Shown here in pieces: positions 50,332 through 61,631 of a stretch of DNA of 64,000 nucleotides; position 1 is the first letter of the stretch; each line of letters opens with the position of its first letter. The stretch spans positions 85,808,001 to 85,872,000 of the forward strand of contig NC_086374.1 in assembly GCF_036588685.1 (NCBI RefSeq), given 5' to 3'. This DNA comes from Mytilus trossulus (taxonomy: Eukaryota). The notes beneath the pieces were generated by a model. It saw only the letters and a program-made list of their open reading frames with translations. It did no database searches and was not told the DNA's origin. Made by a program: the position numbers and the translations under genes.

Positions 50332-50854
50332 TAAAAAACGATTCCGTAAAGTTTGGAAGTCGCTGGCTGCATTCATAGCAATAAAATGTATCATCTGATG
50401 TTGATAATATGTGATATTGTGTATTTGAGATGTTTGTACATTTAAGGTGAGTCCAGTTGTCGCAAAAATCACATTGAACGGCCTTTTGGTTTGACCTCAC
50501 TGATTTTTTGCAATCTGTACAGGGGTGTTTGATAGGCCCTGGATTGATGTGAATATCACCACATAGTAAAATTGTTAAAATAAAACAGAATTTAGATGAA
50601 CTTTTGATCTTCCTATGTTCAAGTGAAATTTTTTCTGGTCGGCCATGTTGTGAGTAGTCGAGTTGGCTAGGACAAAATATTTGGATGACAAAGTCTAATT
50701 CATTCTCCCTTGAAGTTTGTGAACAGGCGTAGAAACCAAGATTATCGGCTTTTACCTCATTGAGATCTGAATGGTTAGATTTCTCTGGCTGTAAACGTGC
50801 AAAAAATCCAAAAATAAGGAGAGCAATTTTAAGTCCGCCACTACCTGCCGCCAT
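50321..50854 (-). CDS. LINE N-terminal ORF: hydrophobic leader, 2A-like peptide and PHD finger
   Basis: MAAGSGGLKIALLIFGFF; LLCGDIHINPGP; CTDC...CDFC...HLKC...CYEC (C4HC3); out of frame with APE-RT. Confidence 0.85.
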   Translation of the reverse strand: MAAGSGGLKIALLIFGFFARLQPEKSNHSDLNEVKADNLGFYACSQTSRENELDFVIQIFCPSQLDYSQHGRPEKISLEHRKIKSSSKFCFILTILLCGDIHINPGPIKHPCTDCKKSVRSNQKAVQCDFCDNWTHLKCTNISNTQYHILSTSDDTFYCYECSQRLPNFTESFFNDT

Positions 50855-53176
50855 CACCAGACACAACATAGAAAACTAAAGAATAAATAACACGAACTCC
50901 GCCAAAAACTAGGGGTGATCTCAGGTGTTCCAGAAGGGTAAGCAGATCCTGCTCCACATGTGGCACCCGTCGTTTTGCTTATGTGATAACAAATCCGATA
51001 AATAGTCTAATTATGTAGGTCACATTCATGAAAGGGAAGGGGAATGTAGTTACGACGTAAGGAACATATCCAATAGCATTTGTGAAACGATTATTCCTTA
51101 ACGGCCAACTAACTCGTGATGGCGTCCGTAAAATTTACGAAGGGAGGATTTCAACTTCACCATTTGGAACTCTTGGTTAAATAGCTTCCTTGTGAGCAGC
51201 AACCCTCTATCAAAAAAATCATGACAGAAAATGCAAGCACGGGAATATCGTATCAATTGTAATTGGGAGATATATACCCCGTATGCAGGTGCTACTGAAA
51301 TGTTGCTACTTAGAAATGGAAAGTTCACAATTGAAAAGCTGAAATTATCTCTTTTGTCGTGAAGTTTTGTTTTCAACCTACCCTCATTGTCAATTTCTAG
51401 ATGTAAGTCAATATACGAGGCCGATTTAACTTTCTTCCTAAGAAGTTCTTTCATGGAGTCAGCCTCATAATAATAAAGAAACAAGTCGACAAGTAGAGGG
51501 ACACAATTTGTTCCCATTTGATAGAGTAGAAGAGTCAATTGTTTTAATACTATTACAAGATGAAAGAGAGTTAGATTGTATGTACTCTAAAAGATCTTTT
51601 GAATTTTTAAGTATTCACATCTGATTCACGCCACCTCTAGAATAGGCAGTTTCACAATAACTTTAAAGTCCATCTTTGATTGCTGATAAAATAGATGTTC
51701 ATAATATAGAAAGGGGTTTCGTGGAGCACTTGGAAGACAAAGCAATATATCTTTGTTTGTAAGGACACATATGTTGTTTAGGTTTCCAATACAGTGATGG
51801 AAAATCCAGTTCTTCATCTTTTGTTGAAATTCATGAGGAACATAGAACCGACCTATGATTATCCAGGATTTCCTCTTTGGTAAGTGTCGTGAGGGTATAT
51901 GTTGAGTTTCCAAGTGCATTGTCAATACCTAATTCGTTTATTAAGCAGTTAATGTAATGAGTTTTACACACAGAAACGATGTTGTTTGGGGCTTTATCTG
52001 CGGGAACAACAATATACTTAAGGGTAATTTAGGGGCCCTTTATAGCTTTTTGTTCGGTGTGAGCCAAGACTACGTGTTGAAGGCCGTACATTGACCAATA
52101 ATGGTTTACTTTATAATTGTAATTTGGATCGAGAGTTGTCTCATTGGCACTCACACCACATCTTCCTATATCTAATAGGGTCTCAACAAGTATTTAAAAA
52201 AAACCTCCAATTCACATGTTTTCGGTTGCTATCATCTTCAACTTCACACTGGAGTTAGCATTACACTTGTTTTGATTTGAGAGCCACGTATAAGTCTCAT
52301 GAACACCTACCACTGAACTAAAGTCTCCTCATACTTGGGACAGGCCCATATAGAATGTGGCGGGGCTTAACTGGTTTGTTGGCGCCAAAAATTCTCTCTT
52401 TATAACTTAATTTTAATATAAAAAAAACAGTCGAAAAAGGCTTAGTGTAGTATTTCTGTGTAGTATTTCTATTTATATCCATCTGATGAGTTAGACCCTT
52501 TTCAACTGATTTTTATAGTTCGTTCTTCTGTTGTAATGTTACACCACTGTTCCAGGTTAAGGGGAGGGTTTGGGGACATGTTTAACCCCGCCACATTCTA
52601 TGTGTACAAAATGTTTGTGCCTGTCCAAATTCAGGAGCCTATAATTCGTTTGTTGGTGTGTAACCTATTTTTTTTCGAAAATAAATTAGACCGTTACTTT
52701 TCTCGTTTGGATTGTTTTACATTTGTAATTTTGGGGCATTTTATAGCTGACTTTGAGGTATAGGCTTTGCTCATTGTTGAGGGCCGTACGATTACCTATA
52801 GCTGTTAATTTTTCTGTCATTTGGTCTTTTTGGAGAGTTGTCTGATTGGCAATCATACCACATCATCTTCTTTATAATTTATTCATCAGATTGACACAAA
52901 GCAGATTACATCTAGTAACGAAAATACACACCGGACATGGCATACAAAAATAACAAAAATACCGAAATCAAAAGAAAATTTAAAACGGGAAGACCATTAT
53001 CAAACGGCAAACTCCAACTAAGCTAAATATTATTGAGAATGGAAATATGGAACATGTAAAAGAGACAACAACCCGACCAAAGAGCAAATAGCCTTAGGCC
53101 ACCAAATAGATCTTCAATGTAGCGAGAAAATCCCGCATCCAGAGGTGGTCATCAGCTGGCCACTAAATAAAATTGT

Positions 53177-54108
53177 CAGTCCAGTCAATCTAGCATTAAT
53201 TTGACCCTAAACTGAAAGTAATTGCAACAGAAGAAATTTTAAGTTTTAATCTTTAGCATAATACCCCAAATATACACAGAAAAAAAAGTCCCATAGAATC
53301 TTACTTAAGGAAGACTTAAAATCATCCTTTAAAATTCCTATGGAGATTTGCGTTGAAAAGGGAGATAACTCTTGCAAAAAAGGCAGAAATATCAATAAAA
53401 ATTATAAAAAATTATAACTTTACCGCTTCCATTCATCAGAATGTATTGGTTTCTTGATTTTTAAGCGGTCTTTAGAGTAGAACAAACAACTCTAAAGGTG
53501 TTTTCATATCTTTCATCAAGCTATAATCTAGATTTCGTAATTAATTAGTTGACCATTTATTGAATTTTTCAACATGTCAAGGTAAAGAATCTGAAATTTG
53601 ATAAAAATAATTAAGCATGTATTCTTCTTTTTCTGGTTTCAAGTTTTTTTTTAGACAATTAAGATGCTGAAAAAAATATAATATACAGAAATAAACAATA
53701 CTAAATTTTCACATTATTTTTTCAAAATGGTCACCTATCTTTAAATTTGCAATTTCTTGAATGGAAAACGCATAAAAAAACAAAAACTACCCATAACACT
53801 TCGGTTTTGTGCATTTCATAAACAGGAGACTATATAATTAAGTCAAATACATTCTTATAACCCCATCAAAGTATCACACTTTACATATATTTCAAGAAAA
53901 TCAACCAAAAACTGACCAAAAAAGACTATTTTTTCCCCTCCCCATGTTAATTTCCATAGGATATTAAAAATGCTTATTTTCAGTTTTCCTCAAGTTAGAT
54001 TTTATGGGAATTTTTTCTGTGTATATTAACGGCATAATGCTATAGATTGGAACTAAAATATTGTCTGTTGCAATTATTTTGAGGTAAAATTTTAGTTTGA
54101 CTGGACTA
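53177..54108. mobile_element. Academ-like non-autonomous DNA transposon nested in a SINE-like repeat
   Basis: CAGTCCAGTCAA / TTGACTGGACTA termini, about 200-bp imperfect TIRs, 3-bp TSD TGT; the host repeat resumes on both sides. Confidence 0.75.
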
Positions 54109-54787
54109 TGTGTACTAGTTCAGAAATTGGACGTGACACTAAACTCCAAAACACAAAAATTAAATAAAATTTAAAAAAAATTCCATACCAGACTAACAAA
54201 GGCCAGAGGCTCCTGACATGGGACAGGCGCAAAAATGCGGCGGGGTTAAAGATGTTTTGTGAGATCTCAACCCCCCCCCCCCCCTATACCTCTAGCCAAT
54301 GTAAAAAAAAACCACATAGCAATACGCACAGTTTAAAAGAAGTCCGAGTCCGATGTCAGAAAAGGTAACAAAACGAACTAGGTAAAATGACAATGATACT
54401 AAATGAACAAAGGACTACTAAGTTACTGACATGTCGGTTCGGTTCCAGACCTCAATTAAACATGCTATATTGAAAACAAATACATTGTAAAATACGCGAG
54501 CGAATCGAACAAGTTGAGATATATAAATACCATTTAGATGGTGACAAGGGAACGTCACCATCTAAAAATGAATCATTAACAATAGGAACATGTTTCAAAC
54601 ATAAATATGTTTTTCAATTTTGTTCTATGTGTAACTGTTGGTTATAAAAGTTTTACAACTTTGTCTCTGTCTGATGACGCACCAAAAAAAGAAACAAGAA
54701 ACAACAGAAACAAGCCTGTCGTAAGCACAAAACTGTCACGTTTCGGAATACCTACACCTGCATGGTCATAGCTTCAATGTGTCCTAG

Positions 54788-56646
54788 TACGGGGCGCCGA
54801 ATGGGACTCTTCTGGTTTTGTACAAAATTCAATTCTGTCATAACAAAATCATTTTTGTCTTACAAAACTATGTGCTACAGACTTGTTTTGTGAGAACTTC
54901 AATTTTGTGATGACAAAATTCATTAGTGTGGACAAAATTCATTTTTGTCATGACAAAATTCATTTTTGTAGACAAAATTCATATTTGTCATGACAAAAGT
55001 CAATTTTGTCTTAAAGGTATGCAAATATAAACAATTTGCATACAAAATTGACTTTTGTTACCTGATATGGAAATTAAATCACAAAAGTCAATTGTGTACG
55101 GTAAGATTCAATTTTGTGAGACAAAATTGACTTTTGTGAAACAAAATTAACTTTTGTGAGACAAAATTGACTTTTGTGAGACAAAATTGACTTTTGTGAG
55201 ACAAAAGTCAATTTTGTCATTTTTGTTGAGACAAAATTCAATTTTGTCATTTTTGTTGAGACAAAATTCAATTTTGTCAATTTTGTTGAGACAAAAGTCA
55301 ATTTTGTTAATTTTATTGAGACAAAAGTCAATTTTGTAAATGTTGTTTAGACAAAAGTCAATTTTGTTAATTTTGTTGAGACAAAAGTCAATTTTGTCAA
55401 TTTTGTTGAGACAAAAGTCAATTTTGTGACGACAAAATTCATTTTTGTGATGACAAAATTCAATTTTGTAACAACAAAATTGACTTTTATGAGACAAAAT
55501 TGACTTTCGTGAGACAAAATTGACTTTCGTGAGACAAAAATCAATTTTGTTGAGACAAAATTCAATTTTGTTAATTTTGTTGAGACAAAATTTAATTTTG
55601 TTAATTTTGTTGAGACAAAATTTAATTTTGTCAATTTTGTTGAGACAAAATTCAATTTTGTCAATTTTGTTGAGACAAAATTCAATTTTGTTAATTTTGT
55701 TGAGACAAAATTCAATTTTGTCAATTTTGTTGAGACAAAATTCAATTTTGTCAATTTTGTTGAGACAAAAGTCAATTTTGTCAATTTTGTCTCACAAAAG
55801 TCAATTTTGTGTAACAAAACTCAATTTTGTGTAACAAAAGTCAATTTTGTGTAACAAAAGTAATTTTTGTGTAACAAAAGTCAATTTTGTGTAACAGAAG
55901 TCGATTTTGTATGCAAATTTTGTCAATTTTGTTGAGACAAAAGTCAATTTTGTGACGACAAAATTCATTTTTGTGATGACAAAATTCAATTTTGTAACAA
56001 CAAAATTGACTTTTATGAGACAAAATTGACTTTCGTGAGATAAAATTGACTTTCGTGAGACAAAAATCAATTTTGTTGAGACAAAATTCAATTTTGTTAA
56101 TTTTGTTGAGACAAAATTTAATTTTGTTAATTTTGTTGAGACAAAATTCAATTTTGTCAATTTTGTTGAGACAAAATTCAATTTTGTCAATTTTGTTCAG
56201 ACAAAATTCAATTTTGTTAATTTTGTTCAGACAAAATTCAATTTTGTCAATTTTGTTGAGACAAAATTCAATTTTGTCAATTTTGTCAATTTTGTCTCAC
56301 AAAAGTCAATTTTGTGTAACAAAACTCAATTTTGTGTAACAAAAGTAATTTTAGTAATTAGTTCACAGAAACCAAACTAAACTAATTTAAATACAAAATT
56401 GACTTTTGTCGCTCAATTTTCAAATTAGGTAACAAAAGTCAAGTCTGTGTAACAAAAATGGATTTTGTCATGACAAAAGTGACTTTTGTCCGCTGATAGA
56501 TAATTTTGTATGACAAAATTTCAAATTTGTAGAATGATACAAATTTTGTTAAACTGAACTCATTTTTGTTGAACAAAAGTCACTTTTGTCCGTACAAAAT
56601 TGAATTTTGAGTACAAAACCACAAGAGTCCCATTCGGCGCCCCGTA
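54788..56646. mobile_element. Foldback-type non-autonomous DNA transposon filled with short palindromic tandem repeats
   Basis: TIRs TACGGGGCGCCGAATGGGACTCTT / AAGAGTCCCATTCGGCGCCCCGTA; 5-bp TSD CCTAG; interior of ACAAAAKTCAATTTTGT modules. Confidence 0.92.
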
Positions 56647-57554
56647 CCTAGTCTAGATACATTTTTTTTTAAAGTTTCTTGTTTCTTATATGATTAAACA
56701 TATTCCGTTTAACACTTTTATTCAAAATTTCAACTCAGACGTTATATAATGTATTAAGATATAAAAAAAAAAAGAGGCAAAATTTGTATAACGTGACCAT
56801 CCGCAGTTCATGTAATATATCATTATTTACTATCCATTTACTGCGGTTCATTATTCAATAATACACATGAACTTTAAATATCATTATTATCTGTGGTACT
56901 GAATAAATAATTACCAATTATTTCTAAAACAAACATGACGTGTCGATCACGGAACCTTATATACAATGTTCAGATATTTTCATATTCTCTTTATGTATTA
57001 ATGAAAATGAGAAGGTACCAATTGGGTGAAGATTTGTATTTGTAATCAATGTAAATTGTTAATGAACTAACGATATGACCAAAGAAAAAAAAACGAAAAA
57101 ACGTTCTACAGTCAACAAAACTTTTCTAGACGGAAAAATAAAACTGATCATAACGTCTAGTTGGTGTAACCGTTTTGTTGCCATACAGTAAGTTTCGCTT
57201 ATTGATAATTCACCAGTCGTCGAAAGGTTACAGGACAGAAATGCGACCAATGGGACACATACTTTATCAATGAAATACATATTCCATAACTCTCAACCAA
57301 GAAGTGATGTCGATCTGAAACGTGATCTCAGATACCAGGCATTGAACTACTTTTATTTACCGCGAGTATGTTCTAAGACTTATATGTTGGTGATTTATGT
57401 TTATTGTGTTCGTGCTTCTTTCCGATCTATTAAGTTAAGCCCTTTACAACTGATTTGTTACAGTTTCTTTTTATGTTTTATTGTTATACATCTGTCCCAT
57501 GTTAGGGGAGGTTGTGTGATCACAAATATGTTTAACCCTCCAACATTCTTACAA

Positions 57555-59460
57555 GAGGGACGAAAGATACCAAAGGGACAGTCAAACTCATAAATCCAAA
57601 ACAAACTGACAACACCATGGCTAAAAATGAAAAAGACAAACAGACAAACAACAATAACATGACACAACATAGAAAACCAAAGAATAAACAACACGAACCC
57701 CACCAAAAACTAGGGGTGATCTTAGGTGCTCCGGAAGGGTAACAGATCCTGCTCAACATGTGGCACCCGTCGTGTTGCTTATGTGATATAAAATCTGGTA
57801 AATAGTCTAATTCGGTAGGTCACATTCATGAAAGGGAAGGGGATTGTAGTTACGACGTAAGGAACATATCCGATATAATTTGTGAAAGTCAACCAACTTG
57901 TGATGGCGTCCGTAAAATTTACGAAGGGATGATTTCAACTTCACCATTTGGAACTCTTGGTTTAATAGCTTCCTTGTGAGCAGCAACCCTCTGTCAAGAA
58001 AATCATGAATGGAAATGCAAGCACGGGAATATCGTACCAATTGGGAGATATAAACCCCGTTTGCAGTTGGTCTTGGAATGTTGCTACTTAGAAATGGAAA
58101 GCTGAAACCATCTCTTTTGTCGTAAAGTTTTGTTTTCAACCGACCCTCATTGTCAATTTCTAGATGTAAGTCAAGATATGAAGCCGACTTAACTGTATCT
58201 GTAGTATCCTTTATCTCTAGTTTAATGGGATAGATGTGTTCTACATAGTCACCAAAGTTTGAATTATGTAGTGAAAGAACATCATCTATATAGCGGAAAG
58301 TAGAGTTCAAGGATATTGCTAACTTCTTATCTTTCTTCCTAAGAAGTTGCTGCATGAAGTCAGCCTCATAATAATAAAGAAATAAGTCGGCAAGTAGAGG
58401 GGCACAGTTTGTTCCCATTGGAATGCCGACAGTCTGTTGAAATACACGTCCTCCGAACGTAACAAATATGTTGTCAATAAAAAAATCAAGCATCTTTGAT
58501 AATATCAGTTTCAGAGAATTTTTTGTTTGAATCAGAGTGATTCTATTCAAAGTAGGATTTATCCCTCAACAAGACAAGATACTTGTATCTACGTTGGCCA
58601 TTCTTTTTTATGAAGCAAAGCAATACCAACTCTTTCAATTTGTCTTTAAGTTTGGAATGTGGAATACTTGTGTAAAGAGTAGAAAAGTCAAATGGTTTAA
58701 TACTGTTACAAGAAAGAGAAAATTAGATTGTATGTACTCTAAAAGATCTTTGGATTTTTTTTTAAAGTATTCACATCTGATTCACGCCACCCCAGAATAT
58801 GCAGTTTCACAATAACTTTGATTGCTGATAAAATAGATGTTAATAATTTAGAAAGAGGTTTCGTGGAGCACTTGGAAGACCCAGCAATATACCGTTGTTT
58901 GTAAGGACACTTATGTAGTTTAGGTATCCAATACAGTGATGGAAGATCCAGTTCTTCATCTTTGGTTGAAATTATTAACAATGTTGAGGTCACCGGTAAT
59001 AACGTGGCCAGCAGGATTATATGTGAATTGGGAACTAGCACAAGTGCAATCAGGAGGTTTAGACTTGAAGTCATCAATATCGAGATCCTGCAAAACGTGT
59101 TTGTAATTGAAAATTTTAGTTGTAATAGGTGTGGTATAGGTATAAGAAATGATTGGTACAGACTGGTCTTTGAAATAAGGAGGTATTTTCGATTGAACTA
59201 ATTTATGATGAAGGATATTGCATAAATTGACGCCATCGAGACCTTTGTTGGCAAAGGAAAGATTAAGTAGAGATCTTTTTTCTTTTTCATCTTTTCCAAT
59301 GCGGACTGGCTTGAAAAGTCTGTGACTTGCCATATCCGAAATTAAAGCTTCAAGTTTGAATTGGTTTGAATGAGGGTTTGTAACAGTGGATTCCAAACAT
59401 AAATTGAACAGAGAATGAAGTTTTGTAAGGCAGGGTAATGAATAAATTTTCGTGCGAATT
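57555..59460 (-). mobile_element. Decayed Penelope-like retroelement, copy B (RT pseudogene)
   Basis: CTC...GHVITGD, PSLYWIPKLHK, GIPMGTNCAPLLADLFL, FRYIDDVLS, TKLYDKRD, YISQLVRYSRAC, FYGRHH spread over frameshifted ORFs 57807-58550, 58739-59077 and 58956-59396. Confidence 0.85.
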
Positions 59461-59734
59461 AATATAACGTACCCAGTCGGTGATATATAATTCAGTTGTC
59501 ATTAGTTAATGTCTGTCATTTTTGTTTTTCATAAATTGTATTGTTATAAATTAGGCTGACAGATTTCTCGTTTGATTGTTTCACATTTTTCCTGTCGGGG
59601 CCTTTTTTAGCGGACTGTATGGCATTTTTTTTCCTCATTGTTGAAGGTGGTATACTTTTGAATTGTATACACAAGTCATTGTTCAAGCGGTGTATATTTC
59701 AAACGGATAGATGGATGGATGAAGACGAATGACT

Positions 59735-60074
59735 GACTGTATAACATTCGCTGGCCAATCAGGACGAGAACATGATAATGTGATATGAGCATAAACCCTG
59801 CTTTGTACTAAACCGAAAAGCTAAGCCGACTGATTTTAATGTAATACTATAGTTCATAAGGTTACAGTCTTCGAAAGACTTGTTATCCTATCCGAATATA
59901 TATACGTTATTCTGAATGTGAGCCGACTTATCCTTCTATTTCACCTAAATACCGTTGGCTGAGCAGAGAAGCAGCAAATGTCAAGTGTTTTATTTGACCC
60001 AGCAGACTATAGAGACGAAACAACGAATTCCCGTACTCGAAGCGAACACACTACCACGAGACCACCGATGTGGT
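59735..60074 (-). mobile_element. Degenerate tRNA-derived SINE
   Basis: Minus-strand head ACCACATCGGTGGTCTCGTGGTAGTGTGTTCGCTTCGAG with A/B-box-like motifs; more decayed relative near 28790-29040. Confidence 0.5.
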
Positions 60075-61037
60075 TCAATGGCCGGATAAATGTGGTTAAC
60101 CAAGTTACCGAGTTAACAAGAAGAAAAACAAGAAAAAAGAACGTTTGAATGTTCTATAAGACATGCCATCAAAGCCATGTATGATCCATCTACAGTTCAT
60201 ACGACACATATTTTTTGGAATATGCATCAGGTAAGCTCAGGGCTGAAGGATTCGGAAAGACAAAAATGTCGTGTACCAAGTCAGGAAAATGGCTTTTGTT
60301 ATATTATAGTTCGTTTCTATATGTGTGTTACATTTTAATGGTGTGTTTCTGTTGTGTCGTAGTTCTCCTGTTTGATATTTGATGTGATTCCCTCAGTTTT
60401 AGTCTGTTACCCGGATTTGGTTTTTTTTCTCAATCGATTTATGAATTTCGAACAGCGGTATACTACTGTTGCCTTTATTTCACGACTGAATTGCACCAAC
60501 TCACTATGCGCACCTTTACCATACATTCCCCAAAATTACAGAAGAGATAGTTTGGCACTGTGTCAATTTTTGGGCGAAGGAGCAGATTTCAGTATGATTG
60601 CAAATTTTAAAAACTGAAAATTTACATGCATTAAAGGTGCATCATGTACTAGTAAGTGATTTGAAACACGAAGAGCAACCCTTGTGTCTTACAAAGTATA
60701 TTTGCAAGAATAACCACCAAATTTCGCATACTTCACATTTATCAGTTGTTTATGTTAATAATTTAAAAATAGAAAAAAATCAACGTGTTTATGCTCTTTT
60801 CCGAAGTCAGAAACTTCATTGTATGTAAGTAAGTAAGTAAGTAATTATTATATTGACATGTGTATCACAACATACATTTATACAATTATATACATAGCAA
60901 TTTGATATTTACACCCGGCCCATTGGATCTATATGTCACTTTAGCAATATAATATAATATCAAAAAACGTAAAAGTTTACAAAACAAAATTACAGAATTA
61001 GACGTAAAGTTGTTTTTTTCTATGAATGAAAGCTGAA

Positions 61038-61631
61038 TTTAATCTGATTAAAATACAGCTTCTGTGTCAAAGCTTTGCTTACAAGGATACATAACAAAGC
61101 TGTAACTAATTAGAGTGTCTGTCTATCTGTCATTGTAAGTCGTTGTATCTCTGTACCTTTTCATTCGGTCCTAATCGCGTTAAAGGTGTTTTAGTTGCCT
61201 CTCCAAATAAAAATAAGAAGATGTTGTATGATTGCCAATGTGGCCACTCTCCACTAAAGACTAGAGACCAAAATGGCGTACGTAGAACTTAGCAACTAAA
61301 CAATAATCGCATTTATCTTTGTCATCGTCTTTGTATATCATTCAATTAAGTCAAAATCTCGTCATTGATAGTCAGTGTCTCTCCATTCACGTTATCATCT
61401 CGTCAGAACGTGATGTTCATTCAGTCAGAATAGTGATCGTGTCTTGCAATGTCTTTCCATGTCTTTTTAATTAAGTCAGAATAGCGATCGTGTCTGGCAA
61501 TGTCTTTCCATGTCTTTTTAATTAAGTCAGAATCCTTTGTTTTAATCTGATTAAAAAACAGCTTCTGCGTCAAAGCTTTGCTTACAAGGACACATAACAA
61601 AGCTGTAATTAATCAGATTGTCTGTCTATCT
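61038..61631. repeat. Local direct duplication of about 90 bp, with a short internal tandem duplication between the copies
   Basis: TTAATCTGATTAAAA.ACAGCTTCTG.GTCAAAGCTTTGCTTACAAGG at about 61038 and 61540; AGTCAGAATAG.GATCGTGTC twice within 61423-61532. Confidence 0.75.

Larger units (their letters stand above)
47077..50859 (-). mobile_element. CR1/L2-group (CR1-Zenon-like) LINE, near full length
   Basis: PHD, APE and RT coding; 3' AATAAA then a short TATGTCT-repeat tail; GACACA duplicated at 47071-76 and 50860-65; empty site visible in Penelope-like copy B. Confidence 0.9.
46964..52018 (-). mobile_element. Decayed Penelope-like retroelement, copy A, split by a LINE insertion
   Basis: RT fragments KYIVVPADKAPNN, MGTNCVPLLVDLFLYYYEAD, SASYIDLHLEID, AYGVYISQL, FYGRHHELV with deletions and frameshifts; collinear with 57555-59460. 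Confidence 0.8.

Noticed and set aside
50332-50338. UUUUUUA slippery heptamer as a programmed -1 frameshift
   Set aside because: Joining PHD to APE-RT needs a +1 shift; the heptamer is phased in the wrong frame
52490-52520. CTGATGAG hammerhead-like motif (also CTGATGA at 54671)
   Set aside because: No GAAA after a closable stem II at 52.5 kb; no stem II at 54.7 kb
55074-56339. Multiple KLTKLNFVST-type ORFs on both strands
   Set aside because: Artefacts of stop-poor 30-bp modules inside the foldback element
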